Source: Eledone cirrhosa (lineage: Eukaryota). From it: a stretch of 64,000 nt of DNA. The stretch spans positions 21,762,001-21,826,000 of the forward strand of contig OZ024751.1 of assembly GCA_964016885.1 (NCBI GenBank). The letters run 5' to 3'. The notes below the pieces were generated by a model, which worked only from the letters and a program-made list of their open reading frames with translations, had not been told where the DNA came from and did not search any database. The translations under genes were made by a program, and so were the position numbers. This document shows, piece after piece, positions 38,480-48,935 of the stretch. The first letter of the stretch is position 1, and each line of letters starts with the position of its first letter.

Positions 38480-41400
38480 TAGAATGATCGAGAATCGGAA
38501 TATCGGCCCACGAAATCACGATAAACAATATCCGACATGTGTGGCAGAGGGCTCAATAGTTTGGATAAACCAGAGCTATAACTATCGTTAAAATACCAAC
38601 ACACAGAGATCATGCCTAAAATCACCCGTGCAGCCGAAAAAGAACGACCAGGAAGATTCGGGTCACTCAAATAAAATATCAATAAATTAATAAATTAAAT
38701 GAATGTAAAAAACTCACCCGGACCCGCTAGAAGGGTGTTAAATTCTAGCTTTTTGGGTTTCTGCAATATAATTGGTGTTGGATGCTTAAAGCGTCCGTAT
38801 GCGGTAGGTCGTATGAGCACTCGATGCTCTCATAGAGCAGAGTATGATATCACAGAAAAAAAGAGAATCAGTGTTGCAACGAATGGAATTTATTGGACAT
38901 ATTACAATCGTTTCTCTGGCGATTTTCCTATAGGAAAATCTGCTTCGTAGAATCAAGACGTATCTGAGGACCTTGCGATTTTCAGAGTCAGGTTCGATCA
39001 TCACATTGATCGTGCCTCGAGCTGGTCGCCAGAGAAACGATTGTAATATGTCCAATAAATTCCATTCGTCGCAACACTGACTCTCTTTTTTCTGTGATAT
39101 ATATATATATATATATAAATATATTGGTTTACAAAGCCAATCAAATACGTAATTACTTCACCAGATCTTGTACGTATGCCTGATGGTATCCAATCATTTA
39201 AAGAAAGAAAAAATACTATAATTTTGTCCCAGGTTGTCCATCACAAGGGGAAGTCACTCTGTATAAAAGTTGTCTCCAGTTATAAATGAAATCATACACC
39301 CTCAGATTAACAGAATTTATTGCTAGAAATCTGTCACTGAGACGGTGAGTGGTTGTCTAGTGGCACCTAAATCATGAACCATGATGTGCAGTTAAGTATA
39401 CCACAAAATGTAATTAGGTGTGCCACGAAGTGTAATTAGGTGTGCCATGGCACATAATTATGTATCACAAGGTATAATTAGGTGTGCCATGAGACATAAT
39501 CAGGTGTGCCTTCACATCTTTATCAATATATCTTCTCAAAAAAATATATAGAGAGAGTTTGTCAAATTGGAAAAATAAGGTTGAGGAAAATTTTCTTTTC
39601 AGTTATTAAATTGATACTTACACAGATTTTAAGAAGTTAATGTAATCAACCCAAATCTGGTATGACATAATATCCATTCCAACTTTATCTAAGGCAAAAT
39701 CATAGGCTTGGGCCATCTTTTCTCTGAAATATACAATTAAATAAATATATTAATTAATTAAATATCATAATCACTGAGGGTAGATAGAACCCCAACAGCA
39801 CAAAAAACAAAAAGTTGTTAAAATGTTAAAAGGGCAGATGAACTCCTCAGAGTCAACGGCCATCTACCCCAACTATGAGTTAAATAGCCTCGTCAACACA
39901 CAATTAGCCAAGTGTGATGAGTACGGTTACACTGCTTGAGAACTTGATCAAAACCAGACACAAAGTGGTGGAGATCAACCAAGGAGGGGTTCCTCCAACA
40001 TGAGTGAGAAGGCCCTGGATTGCCTACCCACATACCAACATATATATACACATATATATCTACACATACACACAGATATTTATATACACATATCTACATA
40101 CATGCACGCATACATACATCTATATACATATATCTATGCCTACACACATCTATATACACATATCTACACATACACACATCTACATACATACATAGATAAA
40201 TCTAGACATACACACACATATAAGTACTAGTCAAGCAATGTATCAATTTAATTCACTTTAAACCCCACAAAAATCTACTGGCCTAGTGCCTAAATGAAAT
40301 CTCTCAAACTTTTTGATTATTTTCAAAATGATTTAAAAATCAACAGAAATATGTTAACAGAAGCGTTGATGTTTACTTTGTAATTAGTTAACTGTTGATT
40401 AGTTTAACTTTCTTACCTGTAAGAAGGCAACTTTCCCTTTGTTTCCTTTATGTATGAGAGGTAGAGCTTCCACAGATCTATATTAAGAACCTTTATTAAA
40501 CAGCGCTGGAAAAGCTACAAAGTGGAGAGGAAACAACAACAATAATAATAGACATGGTTATATCTTTAAAAAATAACACAAAACAAAGATCAGACATTGT
40601 CTTTGCCAACATCATCATCACCACCATCAATCATACCATCATCTTCATCATTGTTGTTACCAACATCATCACCACTTCTGCCATCATCATCATCGTCATC
40701 ATCATTGACTCTATAGAGGTTTAACATCTCAATTTGAGCTGAAGAGTCAAAATAGCTTCAACTACAATTGAAACGTCTAGAGAAAACTTGGCCATGACAA
40801 CTGTTGTGAGAAGGTGCATGGACCGATTCCTGGGCTGGGTTTGGACAGCACGTTATGTTGTTGAACAAGATGCTAGGACTGGAACCCCTCTATCATTAAA
40901 ATATCACCTGATGATGTGTGGCTCAGTGGTTATGTCTGATGTTGGACTCACAATCATAAGATCTTAGGTTTAATTCCTGAGATAGGCAACATGTTATGTT
41001 CTTGAGTAGGATGCTTCATTTCATGTTTATCATTAAAACACCTCCTGAGAAGTGAGAAACCAGCTCATAGAAGGCCAAGTAAACCTATATAGGTGTGAAC
41101 TGTATATTTTTTTCATGAGGACTGTGTATATCTTGAGCAAGTTTTGTAGAGCAATGTACATTCCATTTAGAATATGGCTCCATGTTTGGAACCTCAACAT
41201 CATTGTTACTGTCATCAGTTAAAAATTAAATTTGGCTCAGGTCTGATAACCAGTATATTTCCATATCCTTGTTATTCTCTTCACTTCCTTCTAATTCTGT
41301 AGTCTAACTTTGTAAAGTCTGGTCTAACATGTCCTTAGTGGTCTACACGAAAGTTATAATTCTTCTATTTCTGGTCCACAAATCATGATCCATTCTTCTA

Positions 41401-42236
41401 CTCATTATCTACACCAAAGAAACCCCTCTTTCTTGAACCCAGAGCACATTCCAATGAATACAGTAAAATGGTGGTGCTGGTGCCACGATAAAATCCTTCA
41501 ATACACTCTATAAAATGGTATTGCTGGTGCTATGATAAAATGCACCTAGTTTAATAATAATTATGAATAATAATGAAATATTGTGTACAGTGCTCAGGTG
41601 CACTACAACTCATCAAAAAGTGTATGTATAGTACATAGGGGAATGTACAAACGTCAGGAAAATGAACAGTGCATGAGTCATGATATACACATGTGTGCAT
41701 GTGTATGGAAGGGGTACATCAGGTGTAGTTTTGGCGTATTTCGGGAAGCATGAGTGTTTTAAAGGATGCAGTGTCTCGGCAGCTAACAACTGACGCAGGC
41801 AGTTTGTTCCATGCTTCAGCAACTCTGAGCGTGAAAAAATGTCTACGAAAGTCATGGGAGCTGTGCTGTTTTCTGATTTTGTAGGCATGTCCACGTGTTT
41901 ACTCTGTAAAGTGGCAGTGCTGCTACCATGATAACATGCACCCAGAAGACTCTCTAAAATAACAATGTTGCTACCATGATAAAATGCATGCAGTATACTC
42001 TGTAAAGTGGTTGGTGTTAGGAAAGGCATCCAACTGTAGAAACCATGTTGAAATATGGAACATATGAGCAAGACATGGCTTGGGTGAGTCAGCATGGTCC
42101 TTGTCTAGTTAAGGACCATGCTGATTCACCCAAGCCATGCTGGCATGGAAAACTGATGATGATGAGGATGATGATATATAATAGAAAAATAAACACCACT
42201 TACTTTTTCAACTTTTTCATAATTTTTGGCCTTCAT
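25775..42236 (-). CDS. CSTF3: Cleavage stimulation factor 77 kDa subunit (CstF-77 / Su(f) ortholog), 18 exons, 5'-partial, 644 aa in window
   Basis: complement(join(25775..25980,26478..26538,28592..28686,30132..30282,30702..30806,31226..31322,31587..31656,32135..32237,32552..32695,33975..34049,34755..34871,35506..35615,36200..36281,36830..36988,37927..38053,39622..39723,40417..40514,42204..42236)). Exon phases are all consistent (1935 nt). HAT-repeat protein ending [13 protein letters not shown], as in CstF-77. Confidence 0.97.
26478..26538 (-). CDS. CSTF3: CSTF3 exon
   Basis: [20 protein letters not shown](E). Confidence 0.92.
26687..27870 (+). mobile_element. 5'-truncated RTE-clade LINE: PHD-like Cys cluster, RT C-terminus, 3'UTR, (GAT)n tail
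   Basis: CSVC...[12 protein letters not shown]...CGRC; FRYLG; MLHGSETW; [12 protein letters not shown]; GRPRKTW; one in-frame TGA at 27073-27075. Confidence 0.88.
28592..28686 (-). CDS. CSTF3: CSTF3 exon (Pro-rich region)
   Basis: [31 protein letters not shown]. Confidence 0.94.
30132..30282 (-). CDS. CSTF3: CSTF3 exon
   Basis: NFSSMHVAQ...[23 protein letters not shown](P). Confidence 0.92.
30702..30806 (-). CDS. CSTF3: CSTF3 exon
   Basis: [35 protein letters not shown]. Confidence 0.95.
31226..31322 (-). CDS. CSTF3: CSTF3 exon
   Basis: [32 protein letters not shown]. Confidence 0.94.
31587..31656 (-). CDS. CSTF3: CSTF3 exon
   Basis: [22 protein letters not shown](S). Confidence 0.95.
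31735..32020 (+). mobile_element. CR1/L2-group LINE 3' end (shorter piece at ~31425-31520)
   Basis: AGAGTTGCTGAAGCATGGAACAAACTACCTG...ACAATAATTTCATTATTATT, shared with the copies above. Confidence 0.85.
32135..32237 (-). CDS. CSTF3: CSTF3 exon
   Basis: [34 protein letters not shown](E). Confidence 0.95.
32552..32695 (-). CDS. CSTF3: CSTF3 exon
   Basis: [48 protein letters not shown]. Confidence 0.95.
32803..33374. mobile_element. piggyBac-type MITE split by a SINE insertion
   Basis: TTAACCCTTTAATG...TGCTAAAGGGTTAA with SINE 33004-33349 inside. Confidence 0.8.
33004..33349 (-). mobile_element. Full-length tRNA-derived SINE with RTE-type (GAT)n tail, inserted in a MITE
   Basis: A/B-box head TGGCTTAGTGG...GAGTTCAATTC, CTTGAGCAAGACAC core, GGAAGGGCATCC motif; AGTAAT target-site duplication. 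Confidence 0.85.
33975..34049 (-). CDS. CSTF3: CSTF3 exon
   Basis: [25 protein letters not shown]. Confidence 0.95.
34755..34871 (-). CDS. CSTF3: CSTF3 exon
   Basis: [39 protein letters not shown]. Confidence 0.95.
35506..35615 (-). CDS. CSTF3: CSTF3 exon
   Basis: [36 protein letters not shown]. Confidence 0.95.
36200..36281 (-). CDS. CSTF3: CSTF3 exon
   Basis: [27 protein letters not shown](V). Confidence 0.95.
36830..36988 (-). CDS. CSTF3: CSTF3 exon (followed by GC-AG intron)
   Basis: [29 protein letters not shown]...[11 protein letters not shown]; donor CAG|GCAAGT. Confidence 0.92.
37927..38053 (-). CDS. CSTF3: CSTF3 exon
   Basis: [42 protein letters not shown]. Confidence 0.95.
38961..39048 (+). 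ncRNA. Minimal type-I hammerhead ribozyme-like motif with long helix II
   Basis: tat-CTGAGGA-[~63 nt hairpin]-GAAAC-gatt-GTA-ata; stem I tat/ata; the helix-II closing pair is non-canonical. Confidence 0.6.
39622..39723 (-). CDS. CSTF3: CSTF3 exon
   Basis: [33 protein letters not shown](V). Confidence 0.95.
40417..40514 (-). CDS. CSTF3: CSTF3 exon
   Basis: [32 protein letters not shown](R). Confidence 0.95.
41570..41898 (-). mobile_element. CR1/L2-group LINE 3' end nested inside a (GAT)n-tailed repeat
   Basis: Same 3' sequence as the 13.5 kb copy, flanked by units of the VNTR-containing SINE. Confidence 0.8.
42204..42236 (-). CDS. CSTF3: CSTF3 33-nt exon (equivalent to vertebrate exon 4)
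   Basis: [11 protein letters not shown]; GCAG acceptor, GTAAGT donor. Confidence 0.9.
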
Positions 42237-43705
42237 CTGCAAAATAGGGAAAAATCAATGGAAATGATAGGGTAAAATATATATAAGATAGTGTAAAAAG
42301 GCTGCATGGATAAGGTAATTGGATTAGTAACCTTTAGATTGTGGGTTCAAATCTATATACTGTAGGTGGTTTCCTGTGTCTCTGAAGAACTGCAGGGATA
42401 AGGTAATTTGATTAGTAACCTTTAGATTGTGGGTGGTTTGTTGTGTCTCTTAATATATGGATATGATCGACAAGATCTCAGATCATCTTCGCTTACTGAG
42501 TGGGGTGGACTCATCAAATCGGACCAAGAAAACAATGTTTCCATTGGTCTTTCTGATACTATCTGATACATTGCTGATACTATCTACCAGTCGCAACTCC
42601 TGGCAGAAAGAGCAATGTGAAATGAAGTGTCTTGCTCAAGGACATAATACATCACTCGGTCCGGAAATCAAACTTACAACCTCACAATTGTGAATCCAAT
42701 TCCCTAAACCCTAAGCCATGTGTCTCTAAATAGAATACTTTATTTAAACGTATCAGCAATATCCACCTTAAACATTATGAGGGTGTCATTTGAGTACCTG
42801 AGGTTAACATCCTTTTTCAGGAGATATCCTGTCTCTCATCTGCTTGATTTGTTTAATATAAGCCAAAAAATGAATCTGGTTCTATGAAATAAAACCACCA
42901 ATTTTAAAGAGATCTTATTTAAACTAAAATCTTTCAACATAATTTTATATCAGAATCATATGTTGCACTACTATCTTAGTAATGAAATAATTAATAATTT
43001 TTTAGTAAATCCCTCAAAATTCTTCATTAATATTTCTAATGCAATATACTCAATTCCAGTAGAAATATGGTCACAATAGGGTTAATGCTATCCAAAGTGA
43101 AATTAAAGACCAGCTCTATAAATTCTTGAGGTTTATGAAACATGTTTGCAATTAACAAATGAAGAAGTAAACATTTTCTAAGAAATAAAATGCAACATTT
43201 TTTTAACATCTTTGTTAAAAAATTTCTAATGAAAGACACTGCCTATGATTTTCAAATTATTTTGAAAATATTCAAGAATCTTGAATTATTTACTAACATT
43301 AACATGGAACCATAGAAAAATATAAAATCTAAAACATTTTGAATTTAAATAAAAAAAAAAAAAAAGGGAGTCAGACAGATTCCATATAAATTCTCGGTGA
43401 AATGAGATCATAACCGAGTTTTGAAAATGGTGCCACTTGTGCTGTAAATTCCCTAAGGAAACGAAATGGAGGATGAAAAATTCCAATTTCCTCTCAGAAT
43501 GTAATCTCAGATATCCTATAAATGGCAATGGTTATGTTATTATAGACATATGAATCTGTAGAGAATTTGGAGCTGAAAAAGGCTGTAAGTTATATTGTAA
43601 ACCAAAACATATGGTCTGACTATCACTTATTCATATGACCTGCAAGGTTGCCCCTTGTGGCCCATGAGGAATTTTAAAATACTACATTTTATATATTATA
43701 TATAT

Positions 43706-43750
43706 TTCCTGATGATTTCTAATGAATGAAACAGTTCTAGTCCTGTAGAA
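43706..43750 (+). ncRNA. Compact minimal hammerhead ribozyme-like motif
   Basis: ttc-CTGATGA-tttctaatgaat-GAAACAG-ttctagtc-CTGTA-gaa; stem III ACAG/CTGT, stem I ttc/gaa. Confidence 0.6.
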
Positions 43751-43841
43751 TCTCTTCTATATTAAAACTATTATACTCTGCTATGTATTGAGTACCTTAC
43801 TTACTGTGGTTACCTCCGATTCAACCCGGAATAACGTATAT

Positions 43842-43881
<40 letters not shown>

Positions 43882-44279
43882 AGTCCTGGGTTCAATTGGA
43901 GGTAACCACAGTAAGTAAGGTACTCAATATATAGTAGAGTATATAGAAGACTTAATATAGAAATGGCTTCTACAGAAATAGAACTGTTTCATTCAAATCA
44001 AACAGTTCTAGTCTTGTAGAAGCCATTTCTATATTAAATCTTATATATATATATATATATATACATACACAAACATATATATATATATATTATCATGATT
44101 ATTATTATTATTATTATTATTATTATCTTCATAAATAAATAAATTCTCAACATGCAGCTGTGTTGAGAATGTATTTATAATAATATACTTTAGCTCTGTA
44201 CATAACACAGAGCGCTCTTTTTCCTTTATATTGTCTACAGAAACTTTAGACACTATACACAAACGCGTGTGTCACACGC

Positions 44280-44752
44280 TTACACCTCTCCAAGACAATG
44301 TCACTGGACCGAGACCTTTGGCGGTACTCAGTAATAGAGAAGACCCGCCTTACCTAAATACAAAGTAAAAACCTACTACAGTCAGTAGGCATCTCTATCA
44401 AAACACACCCCCGTCCCACCACCTCCACCCCACCCACACCGCCCCTTTCAATGTAAAGTTATGTTGGTCCCACAACATCCAGGCCGAAACAAATGAGATC
44501 GTGTAGGTGTCACGACAAAAAACACACAGTCCACGCTGTAAATGTGGCCGTGTAGGCAACACGGTAAAAACCTCCCAGCCCCACACTGTAAATGTGGTTG
44601 GTGTTAGGAAGGGCATCCAACTGTAGAAAACCCGCCAGACAGTCCTATGCGAGCAAGACAACCACTCTTGCCTCAAGTGGGAAAACCCCCGTCCAAACCC
44701 ATGCAAGCGTGGAACACGGACGCTAAACCTGATGATGATGATGATGATGATG
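44280..44752 (+). mobile_element. Shorter copy of the 3' end of the same RTE element
   Basis: Collinear with 27403-27870; a further partial copy lies on the - strand at ~14600-14950. Confidence 0.85.
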
Positions 44753-46274
44753 ATACATACATACATATATATATTCTTTGTAGATGTATCATATTTTGTG
44801 ACACTGCATGTTTAGAGTAGCAGGAATGTTTCACTGGAAGTATTTTCCTTGATACCTGCTCTAGAAGATGAAGTAAAGGAGAGTTTTCATGTCCATGCCT
44901 GCTCCAAGAACATTGGTAAAATTTGATGATATAAGTGATTTGAAATTAAAATGAAATGAAATTATTATTTCAATTATTCAGGCAAGTGAGATCAAATCCC
45001 ACTGAGGGAGATTACTTTGTCTTTCATCTTTTCAGCGTTGATAAAATAAAGTAACATTCAGGTACTGGAGTTGATTTAATCAACTTTCCCCACCACTCCC
45101 TCCAAATTTGCTGGCCTTGTACGCATGGGAGATAATTCCAGACTTCCTCAGTGATGCATGTACTTCATAGTTTTTGAAGCAGTGATCAAAGAACCACCAA
45201 ATCGATGTAGAGTATCATAAATGAGTAAAAGAGGAATAGACACCTTAGCAATGCTGTGTCTTTAACAATATATATATTTCAAGGACGCAACACAAAGCAC
45301 TTTATTTCGCGTTGTTCCAGTTCACTCAGCTGGGAAAATATTTTGTGATGTCACTGGTGTCAAGCTGTATTGGCCTTTGCCTTTCCTTGATGTGGAGAGG
45401 TGGGACGTTTTGGTAGCAGCTCTTTCCCTCTCTCTCACTCTCTATCTATCTCCTTCCAACTGTCACATCTTGGATTTTTCCACTGTATAAAGAGTGGGAG
45501 TGCCACAAGAGCCTTCCTGTGTATGTTTGCGACTGCACGAATACCTACAACTCTTAGGAAAAGCATTAAAAGCATTACACATTCTACCAAGTCATATTAC
45601 AAGCATATACCTAAGCAAAGTCCTTGAGTCAGTTGGCTCCAGTTTCATCATCATCACCGTTTTACGTCCGTTCTTCCACGCTAGCATGGGTTAGACGGGT
45701 TGTCCTGTTGTGGGCAGTGTCTGGTCGGCTGACCATGCCTTGCTCATACAGGAACTGATTTGGCTTGGTTTCTACAGCTGGATGCCCTTCCTAACACCAA
45801 CCTCATTTACAGTGAGTGCTGGGTACTTTTTTCCGTGGCGCCTACACGTCCACTTTACAGTGTGGGCTGGGTGCTTTTTTTCCGTGGCACCTCCACGACC
45901 ACCTTGCGGTGGGGGGTGTGGGGGCATATTGTCTATATGCTTCAGCTTGTACCCATGGGAGGTCGGGTTACTCTGTTTGACTGGCTAAACAAAAAACAAA
46001 ACCACATTCTATTCCTAATTCACAGATGAGTGGTCACCAGTAGAAAGGACATCTAATTGTGAAAATAATTGCTACAATAGATAAAAACCAATGCTCTTAT
46101 GAAAGCATGAAAAAATGATTTAAAATAATAAATAATGTATATGTTTCTGTGTGTGTGTGTGTGTGTGTATGTGAATATATGTGCATGTGTGTGTTGAAAT
46201 GGAACAAAAACAATGAGAACATGTATTTGACACATATTCAGTACCTAAGTGTTTATTCATATAAATACACAAAT

Positions 46275-46485
46275 TTATACTGTGTATATTCATGTATATA
46301 TACACCAATATATGCCATGTATAGTTGTGTATATACACCAATATATGGTGTGTATATTCATGTATATACACCAATATATACTGTGTATATTCATGTATAT
46401 ACACCAATATATGCTGTGTATATTCATGTATATACACCAATATATGCTGTGTATATTCATGTATATACACCAATATATGCTGTTT
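46275..46485 (+). repeat. 33-bp minisatellite, about 6 copies
   Basis: TGTGTATATTCATGTATATACACCAATATATGC. Confidence 0.92.
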
Positions 46486-46761
46486 AGAAGAGGTATGTTG
46501 TATATCAGTTAACGGGTATCATAAGATGTGACTAAAAGGATTGGCACCATAAAGGGCATCTAGCTATAAAATATTTCCTAAAAAAGGACCCCATAATGAG
46601 CATGAAGCCCTTCATGGGACCCGACCCCAAAATAGCCTTAAACACGTACTGCTGCTTTAAACATCAATTTATGGTCTTTCTTTAAAAAAAAGTTAAAATA
46701 CTGTGCAATGCCTTAGTAAGTCTTCGAGTGACTAGATCAAAGGGAGATAATTCATCTCTTT

Positions 46762-46802
<41 letters not shown>

Positions 46803-46931
46803 CCCGCCAAAGTTAACTTTGCCTTTCATCCTTACGGGGTCGATAAAATAAAGTACCAGTAATGCACTGGGTAATTGCTGGCTTTGTGCCAAAAGTAGAA
46901 ACGATTATTATTATTATTATTATTATTATTA

Positions 46932-47120
46932 ATTGTTTCTACTTTAGGCACAAGGCCAGCAATTACCCAGTGCATTACTGGTACTTTATTTTATCGACCC
47001 CGTAAGGATGAAAGGCAAAGTCAACCTCGGCGGGATTTGAACTCAGATCGTAAAGGGATGTAACTATGCTGGAAAGCATGGCGTCCGACCCTCTACCGAT
47101 ACTGCCAATCCACCGCCCTT
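46932..47120 (-). mobile_element. Representative full copy of the abundant (ATT)n-tailed tRNA-derived SINE
   Basis: AAGGGCGGTGGATTGGCAG...GAGTTCAAATCCCGCCGAGG...GGGGTCGATAAAATAAAGTACCAGT...GCCTAAAGTAGAAAC. Other copies near 7655, 8240, 12480, 13060, 18000-18800, 22170, 23570, 28230, 46800, 47920-48490, 48935, 53050, 56220, 58730, 63140. Confidence 0.8.
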
Positions 47121-47276
47121 ATTATTATTATTATTATTAATGATAGGTAAAGTGTTAATTGTGGAAAACCAGCAAGACTTTATTCATTACCTTTCAGTGA
47201 AGTAAAGCTGATTGCTTTAATCAAGGATTATGAAATATTTTCTAGAAAAAATGATCTTACATCACACAAACAAGAT

Positions 47277-47307
<31 letters not shown>

Positions 47308-47539
47308 GAACCCAAATGTACAGATGCGTATATATCAGCCCTTTTCAAGCAGTGGACTCCATAGGATATGGTTCATCATAAAGCAGGCCACATCACTAAA
47401 ATATTCAAAGCAATTTTGAAATACTATTCAGAAAGGCAAATGGGCCGCATTTTACCCATGCCTGGTATATATATATATATGTGTGTATGTGTATATATAT
47501 ATGTGTTTGTGTGTATGTGTATATATATATGTATATATA

Positions 47540-47582
<43 letters not shown>

Positions 47583-48382
47583 ATACACATACACACACAC
47601 ATATACAGGATTATCTGGTTATAAAGTTTAGTTCCAAATCACAGTTTCAATCTCCAACCCACTGTATCTTCTATCATAACCCCGGGCCAAACAATATATC
47701 TTCTGTTGTTTGATGCTTGAGATAGTTAATATATATTTGACCTATTCTGTCACTAAATCTGCTAGAAATGATAACCAAATCGTCGTTAAATCGAACCTCC
47801 ATTGTCTTAAACAAAGGGACAGTTGAACAAAGTAGTCTTAGACAGGAACATTCTCTATCATAGGTCTGCTCTATCAGATTTCATCTGGACTTAACAACAT
47901 TATCATTGACATCAATTTTTCCATTTATCCTTATGGGGTCAATAAACTAAAGTACCAGTAACTCACTGGAGTCGATTTAATCAACTTTCCCCTTCTCTTC
48001 AAATTGCTGGCCTTGTACCAAATGTAGAAACAATCAATATTATTATTACTGCAGTGGCTTGCCAGCATAGAGTTATGATCCTTTACATTTGATTTCAAAT
48101 CTCGCCGAAGTTAGCTTTGCTTTTCATCCTTGCAGGGTCGATAAAATAAAGTACCAGTAATGCACTAGGGTCAATTTTATCGACTTTCCCCCTCCCCCAA
48201 ATTGTTGGCCTTGTGCCTAAGTCAGAAACCATTATTATTATTATTATTGTTGCTACTGTAAATGATAATTATATATTGTCGTGGATTGGCAGAATCATAA
48301 TAGTGTCGCAAAAAATGCTTTGTTCCAGCTCTTTATACTTTGCATTTAAATCCTGCCAAGGTCAACTTTGGTTTTCATCCTT

Positions 48383-48935
48383 TTAGGGTAGATAAAATAT
48401 AGTACCTGTCAAGTATTAAGGTCAATTTAAATCGATTAAAGCCCACTCCAAAACATATCTGGCTTTGTGCCTAAATTAGAAACCATTATATATATCTTAC
48501 AGTTCACTCTGTAAAGTAGTAGTGCTTATGTCATGATAAAGTGCACCCAGTACACTCTGTAAAGTGGTTGGTGTTAGAACACCTATAGAAATCATGATAA
48601 AATGTAGAATGTGGTTTTCCATCCCACCTAGTTTTGGAACTGTGACAACCTGTCCAACCCGTGCCAGCATGGAAAACATGCAGAAAATGTTGATGACAAT
48701 TATTATTATTTGTCTTTTTGGCATGATTTCTATAGATGTTCTAACACCAACCACTTTACAGAGTGTACTGGGTGCACTTTATCATGACATAAGCACTGCT
48801 ACTTTACAGAGTGAACTGTAAGATATATATAATGGTTTCTAATTTAGGCACAAAGCCAGATATATTTTGGAGTGGGCTTTAATCGATTTAAATTGACCCT
48901 AATACTTGACAGGTACTATATTTTATCTACCCTAA
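48383..48935. repeat. Long inverted duplication (~214-bp arms, ~125-bp spacer)
   Basis: 48383-48596 is the reverse complement of 48722-48935, with about 4 mismatches. Confidence 0.92.
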
